DNA of 64,000 nucleotides. It comes from an uncultured delta proteobacterium. Its GTDB lineage: Bacteria > Myxococcota_A > Polyangia > Polyangiales > Polyangiaceae. The notes under the pieces are model-generated. The model was not told the DNA's origin. It saw only the letters and a program-made list of their open reading frames with translations, and did no database searches. Of the stretch, positions 42,439-54,208 are shown in pieces (position 1 is the stretch's first letter; every line of letters begins with the position of its first letter). The stretch is from the NCBI GenBank assembly GCA_963806225.1, contig CAWDXG010000004.1, positions 5,152,001 through 5,216,000 of the forward strand. The letters run 5' to 3'. The position numbers were made by a program, and so were the translations under genes.

Positions 42439-43146
42439 ATGGTGGATCGGCGCCACACAGATCGCGAATACGAGAGCGAGCTGACCTCACTCCGCGAGCA
42501 GATCCTGTTCATGGGCGCGCGCGTCGAGGAGATGATCGGCTGCGCCATGCGGTCGTACGCGGAACGCGACAGCGAGCTGGCGAAGCGCACCATCATCCTG
42601 GACCGCCAGATCGACAAGCTCGAGCTCGAAATCGACGAGCTGTGCCTGCGCGTGCTCGCTCGCCGTCAGCCGGTCGCCTCCGATCTGCGTTTCATTACCA
42701 CGGCGCTCAAGCTGGTGACGGACCTCGAGCGGATCGGCGACCTGGGCGTGAACATCTGCGAGCGGGTGCTGGAGCTCAACGAGCATCCGCCCATCAACGT
42801 CAACGTTTCGCTGACACGCATCGCCGAGGTCGCACACGGCATGCTGCGCGATGCGCTGGACGCCTACGTCGCCGGGGACGCAACCAAGGCCGAGCAGGTC
42901 GTCGAGCGCGACTCCATCGTCGACGCGCACTATGCGCAGCTCTTCCCCGAGCTGGTCGCACACATGATGTCCGACCCGCAGAGCGTGTACCGGGCCATCC
43001 GCCTGCAGTCGATCGGCAAGTACCTGGAACGGATTGCCGACCACGCCACGAATCTGGCGGAGATGGTCGTATTCATGGTGAAGGGCGAGGACGTGCGGCA
43101 CGCTTTCGTTCTGGGCACGGCGCACAAGTCCGAAGCCGTTCACTGA
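42439..43146 (+). CDS. phoU: Phosphate signalling complex protein PhoU
   Basis: RRQPVASDLR, DLERIGD and LERIADHATNLAE motifs. Confidence 0.95.
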   Translation: MVDRRHTDREYESELTSLREQILFMGARVEEMIGCAMRSYAERDSELAKRTIILDRQIDKLELEIDELCLRVLARRQPVASDLRFITTALKLVTDLERIGDLGVNICERVLELNEHPPINVNVSLTRIAEVAHGMLRDALDAYVAGDATKAEQVVERDSIVDAHYAQLFPELVAHMMSDPQSVYRAIRLQSIGKYLERIADHATNLAEMVVFMVKGEDVRHAFVLGTAHKSEAVH

Positions 43147-43180
43147 GCCCGGACCGGCGCCGGGCGGGTGCTGCTGCAAT

Positions 43181-43919
43181 ATGGAGTCCAAGCTCCGCCT
43201 CGAGATCCTCCCGCAGCCCGACGACAGCACGTGCGGGCCCACGTGTCTGCACGCGGTCTACCGGTACTTCGACGATCACATCGGGCTCGACGAGGTGATA
43301 GCGGACACCCCGGCGCTCGTGGGCGGCGGCACGCTGGCCGTGCTCCTCGGCTGCCATGCGCTGGCGCGCGGATACCGAGCGACGATCTACACCTACAACC
43401 TGCAGGCGTTCGACCCGACGTGGTTTGCTTCCGACAGCGTCGATGTGCGGAAGAAGCTTCTGGCCCAGGCGGACGCAAGGCCGGACGAGAAGCTCCGCAC
43501 CGCGACGCGCGCCTACGTCCAGTTCCTCGAGAGCGGTGGGCAGTTGCGCTTCGAGGATCTGACCGCGGCCCTCATCCGACGCTATCTCAACAAGCAGCAT
43601 CCCGATCCTGACCGGACTGAGCGCGACCTATCTGTATCGTTCCGCGCGCGAGCGCGGGACAAGCTTCGATGACGTTGCCGGCACGCCGACGGGTCACTTC
43701 GTCGTGCTGTGCGGCTATCACAAGACCGACCGCAAGGTGCTCGTGGCCGACCCCTGGGCGGCGAATCCGGTGTCCAGCTCCCACCAGTACTGGGTCGACA
43801 TCGGTCGTCTGGTCAATTCCATACTTCTCGGCATCCTCACGTACGACGCCAATCTGCTGGTGATCGAACCTGGGCGGAACAGGGGAGGGGAGCGTGCGGG
43901 CTCTCATCGTCGTCGATAA
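43181..43919 (+). CDS. Papain-fold (C39-like) cysteine peptidase (frameshift near 43601)
   Basis: QPDDSTCGPTCL catalytic Cys; GHFVVLCGY and VADPW appear after the frame is repaired. Confidence 0.78.
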
Positions 43920-45370
43920 TCCGAAGGCGTGGCCGTTCGAGATCCCGGGCCTGGAAGTGATCGGGGCGCGCGCCTACCTCACGCAGCCCGAGTTCAGCGA
44001 GCTGCGTGGCGCCAAGGTGTTCAACCTGTGCAAGTCGTACCGCTACCAGAGCCTCGGCTACTACGTGTCGCTCCTGGCAGCCGCGCGGGGCCACAAGCCG
44101 GTCCCCACCGTCGCCACCATCCAGGAGCTCAAGGCGACGGAGATCGTGCGCATACGCTCCGACGAGCTCGACGAGCTGATCCAGAAGAGCCTGGCGCCGA
44201 TCCAGTCGGACCACTTCGTGCTCAGTATCTACTTCGGGCAAGAACCTGGCCAAGCGCTACGACCGGCTCGCGGCGCATCTGTTCAAGCTGTTCTACGCGC
44301 CGCTGCTCCGGGCGAGCTTCGTCCGCTCGCGGAGCAGCAGGCAGTGGTACCTGTCGAGCATCTCGCCGATCCCGGCTGGAGAGATCCCCGCGACCCACCA
44401 CGAGTTCGTGCTCGAGGTGGCTCTCGACTATTTCCAGGGACGTCGCTGGAACGCGCCCAAACGGCGGGTTTCCCGCTACGAGCTCGCGATCCTCTTCGAT
44501 CCCGAGGACGAGGAGCCGCCCTCCGACGAGCGCGCGATCCAGAAGTTCATCAAGGCGGCGCAGCATCTGGGGATGAGCGCATGGGTCATCGGCAAGGACG
44601 ACTACGCGAGCCTTGCCGAATACGACGCGCTCTTCATCCGCGAGACCACGAACGTCAACCACCACACCTACCGCTTCGCGCGACGGGCGTTCGCCGAAGG
44701 CATGGTGGTGATCGACGACCCCGACTCCATCCTGCGTTGTACCAACAAGGTGTACCTGAAGGAGCTGCTCGACCGGTACAAGGTGCCGGCGCCGAAGACG
44801 GTTGTCCTGCATCGAGACAACCTCGAGACTGTCGCCGCAACGCTGGGTCTGCCGTGCATCCTCAAACAGCCGGACAGCGCCTTCTCCCAGGGCGTCGTGA
44901 AGGTGGGCGACGCGGACGAGCTGATGCGCGAGGCCGAACGTCTCCTGTTGAAGTCGGAGCTGGTGATCGCCCAGGAGTTCGTGCCGACGGAGTTCGACTG
45001 GCGCGTGGGCATCATCGACGGCGAGCCGCTGTGGGTCGCCAAGTACTACATGGCGCACAAGCACTGGCAGATCATCAAGAACCAGAAGGGCGGACGGCGC
45101 TACGGGCGCGTGGAGGCGGTCGCTCTGGAAGAGGCGCCCGAGCCCGTCGTCAAGACCGCGCTGCGCGCGGCGTCGCTGATTGGCAACGGGCTGTATGGCG
45201 TGGATCTCAAGGAGTACGGCAAGCGCGTGTTCGTCGTGGAAGTGAACGACAATCCATCGCTGGAGGCCGGCTACGAGGACGCCGTGCTCAAGGATGCGTT
45301 GTACGAACGCATCATGGCGGTCTTTCTCAAGCGGTTGGAGGCGCGGCAGCAGGGACGGGAAGTGCGATGA
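43894..45370 (+). CDS. RimK-type ATP-grasp ligase with RLAN-like N-terminal domain (frameshift near 44240)
   Basis: NLCKSYRYQSLGYYVSLLAAARGH, DALFIRETT, LKQPDSAFSQGV, GLYGVDLK and EVNDNPS motifs. Confidence 0.88.
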
Positions 45371-46660
45371 ACGGCGCGCCCACGGACAGCCCCGCGAGCA
45401 CAAAGCCAGGCGCGGAGCAGAGCCCGCGCCTGGGACTCTTCGAGGGCTATGGCGTCGAGGTCGAGTACATGATCGTCGATCGTGATGGACTCGGTGTCGC
45501 GCCGATCAGCGACGAGCTCATCAAGTCCGTTGCCGGTTGCTACGAGTCCGAGGTCGAAATGGGCGAGCTCAGCTGGTCGAACGAGCTCGTTCTGCACGTC
45601 ATCGAGCTGAAGACGAACGGGCCGGCGGCCGCGCTCGAACCCCTGCCGCGGCTGTTCGCGCGCGACGTGACCCGCATCGACCGACTGCTCGCCGCCCGCG
45701 GCGCCCGGCTGATGCCGACCGCGATGCATCCGCTGATGGATCCGGCGAGGGAAACCCGGCTCTGGCCCCACGAGTACAGCGAGGTCTACGAGAGCTTCGA
45801 CCGCATCTTCAGTTGCCAGGGTCACGGCTGGTCCAACCTGCAGAGCGTGCATATCAACCTGCCGTTCTCCGGCGACGAGGAATTCGGGCACCTGCACGCG
45901 GCGATCCGTCTGGTGTTGCCGATCCTTCCCATGTTGGCGGCCAGCTCGCCGATCGTGGAAGGCAGGGCCACGGGGCTCTGTGACAACCGGCTCGAGTACT
46001 ATCGCCAGAACTGCCGGCGTGTTCCCTCCGTGACCGGGCACGTGATTCCGGAACCGGCCTTCACGCGCGCCGACTACGAGCGGGGGATCCTCGATGCCAT
46101 CTTCGCGGGACATTGCACCGCTCGACAACGAAGGCGTCCTCGAGGCGGAATGGGTCAACGCGCGAGGCGCTATCGCGCGTTTCGTGCGCGACAGCATCGA
46201 GATACGCGTGCTCGACGTGCAGGAGTGCCCGATCGCCGATCTGGCCGTGGTGGCCGCCGTGGTGGCGCTGACGCGCGGGCTCGCCGAGGAGCGCTGGGCG
46301 TCCGGCGAGGTGCAGCGCGGCTTCGCCGTCGAGCGCCTCGAGGCCATCCTGCTCGAAGGCGTGCGCCACGGCGGGCGCGCCGTGGTCGACGACCCGCAGT
46401 ACCTGGCGGCGCTGGGTCTGGATGCGGGGCGCCTCACTGGCAGCGAGCTCTGGCAGCGCCTGCTGCAGCGCCTGCTCGGCGAAGGTCTGCTCGGCGACCT
46501 GGAACAATGGCGGATGCCGCTCGACCTGATGACACGCCAGGGTACGCTGGCCGAGCGCATCGTGCGCGCCGCCGGGCCTGAACCCGCGCGGGAACGCATC
46601 CTCGAGATCTACGAACAGCTGTGCGACTGCCTCGCGCAGGACCGGCTATTTTCGCTGTGA
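45367..46660 (+). CDS. Glutamate-cysteine ligase family (GCS2-type) carboxylate-amine ligase (frameshift near 46105)
   Basis: GVEVEYMIVD, NELVLHVIELKT, PTAMHP, SVHINL, ASSP and IEIRVLDVQ motifs. Confidence 0.85.
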
Positions 46661-47359
46661 GCGGTATGGCCGTCGTCGTGACGTGCGAGCACGCGTCGAA
46701 GCACGTCCCCGCGCGCTACCGGTCGCTGTTCGCAGGGCACGAGCGGCTGCTCGAGAGCCACCGCGGCTACGACAAGGGCGCGCTCCCGCTTTCGCGCGCC
46801 ATCGCCCGGGCGCTCGGTGCGGATGCGATGTTCGGCAGGAATTCGCGGCTGCTGATCGATCTGAACCGATCGCTTTCGCATCCCGGGCTTCTGTCGCGCT
46901 TCACGAAAGTCCTGTCGGCGGAAGAAAAGCAGGCGCTGGTCGACCAGTGCTACCGGCCTTTCCGCGAGAGCGTCCAGCGCCGGATAGCGTGGCATCTGGC
47001 GGCAGGCCGGCCTGTGCTGCACCTCTGCGTGCACTCGTTCACGCCGGTGTTGTGCGGCAGGCGACGCAATGCCGATGTCGGGTTGTTGTACGACCCTGCG
47101 CGGCACGTCCGAGCGCGAGCTGGCGCTTTCGCTCGGACGCGCGCTGTCGGAGCGGGGGCTGGTCGTGCGACGCAACTACCCCTATCGCGGCACCGCCGAC
47201 GGACACACGACGGCGCTCCGGCGCGCATTTCCCGACGGCTACACCAGCCTCGAGCTGGAGCTGAACCAGCGGCTCACCGGTGATGCCGCGCGCTTTTCCG
47301 GCGTGCGGCGCGAGATCGCCGGGGCGCTTTGCGAGGTGCTCGACGAGCCCGGGAGGTGA
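46657..47359 (+). CDS. N-formylglutamate amidohydrolase family protein (frameshift near 47100)
   Basis: TCEHAS, HRGYDKGA, SRLLIDLNR, HSFTP, RNYPY and LELELNQ motifs. Confidence 0.85.
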
Positions 47360-47374
47360 GCCTGGTTCAGCCAG

Positions 47375-48037
47375 CTAGGCGAGCAATTCCGCAGGTACGG
47401 CCAGGCGCTCGAGCGCTTCGCGGAAGTCGGGAGGCAGCGGCGCTCGTACCGTGACGCTGCCCGTGCGCGCCGGCAGGGTGAGCTCGGCAGCGTGCAGTCC
47501 GAGGCGCGTGAGCCCGGCTTCGGCGCGCACCTTGCGGTTGAACCAGCCTGTTCCGTAGTTGCTGTCGTTGGCGATGGGGTGGCGCAGGTGCGCCAGATGC
47601 CGGCGGATCTGGTGGAAGCGTCCCGTGCGCGGGCGCGCCTCGACGAGGGAGAACCAGCTTCCCGCGTAGAGCCGACAAAGCTCGGTCACGGCCGCGACGC
47701 GCTCCTTTCCCTCGCCCTTCGGGATCGCGTAGTCGACGACCGCGTGCAGCTCGGGCTCGCCGCGCGCGAGCGCCAGGTAGCGCTTCTTCACCTCGCCGCG
47801 CTCGAAAGCCGCGTGCAACGCGCGGGCTGCGTCTTCGCTGAGCGCGAAGGCGAGCGCGCCGCTGGTCCCGCGATCGAGCCGATGCAGCGGCCATACGCGC
47901 GCGCCGATGGCGTCGCGTGCCCGCGTCATGGCAACGTCGCGATCCGGCGCCAGCTCGCTCCGGTGCGTCAGAAGCCCCGCGGGCTTGTCGACCACGAGCA
48001 GCTCCTCGTCGCGGTAGAGGACGGAGAGGCGCCTCAC
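47375..48037 (-). CDS. RluA/TruC-family pseudouridine synthase
   Basis: VDKPAG, HRLDRGTSG, TGRFHQIRRH and LHA motifs. Confidence 0.9.
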   Translation of the reverse strand: MRRLSVLYRDEELLVVDKPAGLLTHRSELAPDRDVAMTRARDAIGARVWPLHRLDRGTSGALAFALSEDAARALHAAFERGEVKKRYLALARGEPELHAVVDYAIPKGEGKERVAAVTELCRLYAGSWFSLVEARPRTGRFHQIRRHLAHLRHPIANDSNYGTGWFNRKVRAEAGLTRLGLHAAELTLPARTGSVTVRAPLPPDFREALERLAVPAELLA

Positions 48038-48744
48038 GGGGTGGCCACCGGTTCGACGACCAGGGACAGGTCGTGGAGATCCACGTGCTTGTCGCGGGCC
48101 TCGGCGAGGCGCTCGAGGTACTCGCTGCGGGAGATCTCGCGTGCGCCCAGCGACTCGAGATGCGAGGTCGAGAACTGCACGTCGAACAGCTCGATGCCGG
48201 CCGGAAACAGGCTCTGCACTGCCACGATCAGCGCGACCTTCGACGCATTCGTGCGGCGGTGGAACATGCTCTCTGCGGCGAACAATCCGCCGCGGTGCAC
48301 GCCGTAGAGCCCGCCGACGAGCTCGCCGCCCTGCCACACCTCGAAGCTGTGCGCGTGGCCGAGCCGGTGGAGCTCTGCGTATGCCGTCACCATCTCCGGT
48401 AGGATCCAGGTTCCTTCCTCGCGCTCGCTGCCACACGCGCGCATCACGTCCAGAAACGCCCGATCGAATGAAACCTCGAACGATGCCTGACGCAGCACGC
48501 GCCGCATGCTGCGCGAGACGTGCAACCGCTCGAGCTCGAAAATGGTGCGTGGATCGGGGCTCCACCACAGCGGCGGCAGCCCCACGTCGTGCCAGGGGAA
48601 GATCCCGTGATCGTAGGCGAGGAGCAGGCGCTCGGCGGACAAGTCCCCGCCCACTGCGAGTAGCCCTTCCTCGTCCGCGACGGCGGGATCCGGAAAGACC
48701 AGAGGCCCCCCCGGCGGAATCAACAGGGGCCGCGTCCGGCGCAT
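48034..48744 (-). CDS. aat: Leucyl/phenylalanyl-tRNA--protein transferase
   Basis: GLLAVGGDL, AYDHGIFPW, WWSPDPR, AHSFEVW, ESMF and ASKVAL motifs. Confidence 0.95.
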   Translation of the reverse strand: MRRTRPLLIPPGGPLVFPDPAVADEEGLLAVGGDLSAERLLLAYDHGIFPWHDVGLPPLWWSPDPRTIFELERLHVSRSMRRVLRQASFEVSFDRAFLDVMRACGSEREEGTWILPEMVTAYAELHRLGHAHSFEVWQGGELVGGLYGVHRGGLFAAESMFHRRTNASKVALIVAVQSLFPAGIELFDVQFSTSHLESLGAREISRSEYLERLAEARDKHVDLHDLSLVVEPVATP

Positions 48745-48837
48745 GCGTCAGTGGATAGCGCGGCCCCGCCGCGTCTGCCATCCTCGCGGCTCTGGATCGG
48801 GCTCGGATGGCGTTGTGTGGGGCGCCCTGGCTGACGC

Positions 48838-49461
48838 TCAGCCCATCGCCGTTAGCGTGGCGGCGACGCCTTGGTAGCCGCCGAAGAACCACGTCCACCA
48901 GCCGAGCATCATGATCATGTGGCCCGTGAAGATGCCGACGTGGCTCCACATCTCGACGCGGTCGGCCTGCTGCCGTACGTAGCGCCGCCAGTGGAAGGCC
49001 TCGTCGATGACGCTGTACATGAACGAGAGCACCGTCAGCACCATCGCCGGGATCCACAGCGCTCCGGGGCGCGCGTACGCGGCCGCAAGCAGCACCGAGC
49101 TGCCGATGCCGTTGAAGATCGTGATGCCGTGGACGAGCCCCTCGGCCTCGCTGATCTCCTCCTTGTAGACGGTGCGGTGACCGATGCTGTCGATCGCGAT
49201 GCTGATCGTGAACACCAGCGCTCCGGCCGGCACCATCCAGGCCTCTGCGGGGTAGCGGACTCCCTTCGCGTGGCCGAACAAGAGGAAGCCGCCGGTGGAA
49301 GCGACCAGTCCGACCATCAGCCCGACCCAGGAGATGTAGACGGCCCAGTCGTTCTTCTGGAACTGCCGCATGCGGCCGACGTAGACGGCCACTTCGCGCA
49401 GGAAATGCCCGGAAGCCGGCGCGGCGCGCGGAGCGGAGCTAGTAGCGGATAGCGATGACAT
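48838..49461 (-). CDS. Uncharacterised His/Glu-rich integral membrane protein, last gene of the crt operon
   Basis: About 5 TM helices; duplicated DxxxH...ExxxH motifs; start overlaps the end of crtB. Confidence 0.75.
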   Translation of the reverse strand: MSSLSATSSAPRAAPASGHFLREVAVYVGRMRQFQKNDWAVYISWVGLMVGLVASTGGFLLFGHAKGVRYPAEAWMVPAGALVFTISIAIDSIGHRTVYKEEISEAEGLVHGITIFNGIGSSVLLAAAYARPGALWIPAMVLTVLSFMYSVIDEAFHWRRYVRQQADRVEMWSHVGIFTGHMIMMLGWWTWFFGGYQGVAATLTAMG

Positions 49462-50385
49462 CGGAGTACCTCGTCAGGGGCAGGCGCGGCGCTCTCTTGA
49501 AGCGCCGCCTGGCGCGAGCCGGCAGCTCGGCCAGAGTCAAGAACGCCGCCTTGGCGGTCAGCCAGAGCTTCATCCAGGTGGGGACGATCGCGCGCCCGGC
49601 GAGCACGTCGTACTGCTGCTCCGCCAGGCGGCGGCCGATGGCGGCGTACACGAGCCGTGCGGTGCGCACGGCGAAAGCCGCCCGGAGGGGAAGTGCGGGC
49701 AGGCCCCGGTCGCCAGAGCGATAGTAGCGATCGGCCAGCGCCAAAAGGTCCGCGATGGCTCGCGACAGCGGACCACGGGCGGAAGCGGGCAGCGGTCGGC
49801 CCAGCTCGCTGTCGAGCCCGGGTGTGCCGAGCCGCGCCAGCAGCTCGTCCGGAATGTAGAGGCGCCCGCGTTGCCAGTCTTCCGCCACGTCGCGGCAGAT
49901 ATTGGTGAGCTGCATTGCGATGCCCAGGTGCGCGGCGTACTGGAGCGCGCGCGGGCTCCTGACGCCGAGCACGTGGCACATCATCAGGCCCACAGTGCTC
50001 GCCACGCGGTAGCAGTAGACCACGAGCTGCTGCACGCTCTGGTAGCGCTGCCCGACCGTGTCCATGCGCAGCCCCTCGAGCAGTTCCCCCGGATAATGCG
50101 CCGGGATGTGCCGGCGTTCGACCACCTGCTGGAACGCGGCGAGCTGCGTCTGGCTTTGCGGCGCGCCGGCGTAGACGTCGTAGAGCTCGCGCTCCAGCCC
50201 TGCGAGGCGCGCGCGCTGCTCGCCGGGTGGCGCCTCGTCGATGGCATCGTCCGCTCGGCGGCACCAGGCGTACAGCACGGCCGCCTCGTCGCGGCTCCCG
50301 GCGGGAAGCAGCCGGGCGGCGAGCGAGAAGCTCCGGCTGTGCGCCGCAAGCGTCTGCCGGCACTGGACGATCGCGTCGGACGAAG

Positions 50386-50389
<4 letters not shown>
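49439..50389 (-). CDS. crtB: Phytoene synthase
   Basis: SRSFSLA, YAWCRRADDAID, YCYRVASTVG, QLTNICRDVAED and GRLYIP motifs. Confidence 0.93.
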
Positions 50390-51904
<1,515 letters not shown>

Positions 51905-51912
<8 letters not shown>

Positions 51913-52942
51913 AGCTCTGCTCCAGTTTCTCGATCTCCTGCGCCAGCAGGTCGATGACCGCGGAAGGACCGACGGCGCGCTCCAGATCCCGAAGCGCGCT
52001 TCCCAGATGCTGTTGGACGTGGAAGCGGCCGCGGATCGCAATGTGCTCGCGCAGCGCTTCGGCCAGGTACTCGGGATGCAGGTTGCGCGCCTGCACGTCA
52101 CGGGACATGGTCGAGAGCCGCGCGAAGCCGATCTCGTCCAGATCGCGGGCCGCCCAGGCCCACGGCCACGTGGGTCGTCCGAGAAGCAGATCCTCGTGCC
52201 CCTTGTGGCAGCGCTTCTCGCTCGTCAGTCCGCCGAGGTCGTCGAGCATCTGCAGCCCGGTTCCGAGCCGCATGCCGAACTCTGCGATCGCCTGGGCGCG
52301 CGCGGAAGGCGCGCCGGCAGCGATGGCTCCAATCGCAGCTGCCAGCTCCATCAGAGCACCGGTCTTGAGCGAGGTCGTGACCTCGACCACCCGCGCTACG
52401 TCGCGCTGCGACAGCCCGCCGACGCGCGCCGACAGGTCCAGTGCCTGGCCGCTGTGGCAGCGGAGCAGCGTCTGGCTGATCGTGCGATAGAGGGCCAGGC
52501 GCGCCTCGGGTGCGACGTCGAGCCGCTCGATCAGCGACATCGGCCAGAAGTAGAGCCAGTTGCCGGCGTTGAGTGCGCGCGGCAGCCCATACGTGCAGTG
52601 CAGCGCGGGCTCGCCGCGGCGATAGGCCGAGCCGTCTTCGATGTCGTCGACGATGAGCGAGCCCGCGTGCAGGAGCTCCACGATGAGCGGCAGCTCCGCT
52701 GGCGGCGTCTCGCTTCGACCGCCGAGTCTAAAGGCAGCGCCGACCAGTCGCGCCCGGAATTCCTTGCCGGGGCGTCCGAGGAAATCGCGCAGCGGACCGT
52801 AGAGCGCCTCCCGCCACAGCTCCCACGGCATGGGATCTCCATCCAGCGCGAGCAGGGCCTCGAGCGAAGCCGGATCGAACTGCCGGTCGAGAAGGTCGAC
52901 CACCGGGGACGTTGGTTCCAGCTTGAATGCAGCGTTGGTCAT
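51905..52942 (-). CDS. crtE: Geranylgeranyl diphosphate synthase (polyprenyl synthase)
   Basis: PGKEFR, ELLH, VDDIEDGSAYRRG, GQALDL and KTG motifs. Confidence 0.87.
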
Positions 52943-54120
52943 ATCGACATACCTCGTGTCAGCGCTCTACCGAGCGAGATGTGGCGCGGTGGCCTGCCGC
53001 ACAGGATCCGGGTGCGATCGCCCGGGGTCGTGGTCATCGCGTAGAAGCGCCGGATGGTCGCTTCGGGCAGCCGGTAGAAGCGCTCGAGCGCGTTCCAGCG
53101 GTCTTCGGGCGCGAACGCGCCGAACAGCATCCGGTTCAGGAACAGCGCGTAGCGGCTCTGGCGCTTCTGCTCGCTGACGAGTCGCTGCCAGCCGTCGCCG
53201 AACAGCGTGTCCGGCGTGGTGCTGGCGACGTGTTCGGCGAGTCGCAGCGCGACGGGAAACGAATAGCCGGTGGTCGGGTGGAACCAGCCGCCCTGGAAGC
53301 CGGCGACGAGCGGTCCGCGATCGAGCGGGCGGCGCGCCCCGCGGCGCGGCAGCGGCAGGACGCCGATCTCCTCGCGCGCGATCGTGTCGATGTGCAGACC
53401 GGCGCGGAGCGCATAGGCGATGACCTCGCTGCGGAGCCCGGCGATGTCGAGCTCCGGCGTGTCGGAGAAATACGTGTCTTCGACCAGCACGCGCTGCTCG
53501 TCGAGCGGCAGCACGTAGAAGAACCGGAATCCGTCTTTCTGCGGGACTTGCGCATCCATCAGGATCGGATGCTCGAGCCCGCTCGGCCTTCCCAGCTCGA
53601 GCTCGAGTCCGAAAAACTTCTGGTACGCGACGGGTCCCTCGTTCCTGTAGCCGCCCGGCCCGCGCGCATCGACGACGACGCGTGCGTCGAGCCGGCGCCC
53701 GTCCGCGAGGATCACACGGCCCTCGTCGACCTCCACCGCCTCGGCCTGCCGCAGGAGCAGCGCATTGTCCGAAGCCGCGATGCGCCGTTCGACCACGCGT
53801 CGCAGGCGGTCGCTGCTCACGGCCGCGTAGTCGTGGTCGAGCGTGCGCTGGAGGTTCGGGAAGCGCACCTCGTAGCCGGACCAGCGCTGCTCGACGAGCG
53901 GTTCGACCAGCTTGCGCGCAGCGGGTGTCACGTCGTCGACGTGGAAGCACCAGGTGTGGTTGCCGCCCAGCACGCCGTCGCGCTCCACCAGCACGAGCCG
54001 TGCGTCGGGCTGCCGGTCCAGCAGCGCCAGGGCGATCAGCGCGTTCTGCAGGCCCCCACCCACCAGGATGTAGTCGAACCGGTTGTCGCCCTCGAAAGAC
54101 CCCATTTGTGTGGTGTTCAT
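52939..54120 (-). CDS. crtY: Lycopene beta-cyclase (alternative start at 54105)
   Basis: LVGGGL, GGNHTWCF, YQKFFG, ILMDA, FFYVLP, VEDTY, FHPTTGYSFP and ERFYRLP motifs. Confidence 0.93.
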   Translation of the reverse strand: MNTTQMGSFEGDNRFDYILVGGGLQNALIALALLDRQPDARLVLVERDGVLGGNHTWCFHVDDVTPAARKLVEPLVEQRWSGYEVRFPNLQRTLDHDYAAVSSDRLRRVVERRIAASDNALLLRQAEAVEVDEGRVILADGRRLDARVVVDARGPGGYRNEGPVAYQKFFGLELELGRPSGLEHPILMDAQVPQKDGFRFFYVLPLDEQRVLVEDTYFSDTPELDIAGLRSEVIAYALRAGLHIDTIAREEIGVLPLPRRGARRPLDRGPLVAGFQGGWFHPTTGYSFPVALRLAEHVASTTPDTLFGDGWQRLVSEQKRQSRYALFLNRMLFGAFAPEDRWNALERFYRLPEATIRRFYAMTTTPGDRTRILCGRPPRHISLGRALTRGMSI

Positions 54121-54152
54121 GGTTTGTCCAATTGTTGTCTAAGTTATGATCA
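54114..54152 (-). promoter_or_regulatory. CarH/LitR-type operator (11-bp periodic TnnACA repeats) overlapping the putative crt promoter
   Basis: Minus-strand TAGACA (54136-41), TGGACA (54125-30), TGAACA (54114-19) and degenerate TGATCA (54147-52); TTGACG -35 at 54166-71. Confidence 0.7.
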
Positions 54153-54179
54153 TGCGCCTCCAGTTCGTCAATGCCCTCC

Positions 54180-54201
54180 CGGACATTTGTGTAAATGTCC
54201 G
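54180..54201. promoter_or_regulatory. Palindromic operator-like site
   Basis: CGGACATTT-GTGT-AAATGTCCG, perfect 9-bp inverted repeat in the AT-rich crtY/ABC1 spacer. Confidence 0.6.
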
Positions 54202-54208
54202 AAATGAC

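Noticed and set aside
43894..46581. Apparent 895-aa RLAN-GCS2 fusion protein
   Set aside because: Frameshift artefact. The repaired frames give separate ATP-grasp and GCS2 genes with an ATGA overlap at 45367-45370.
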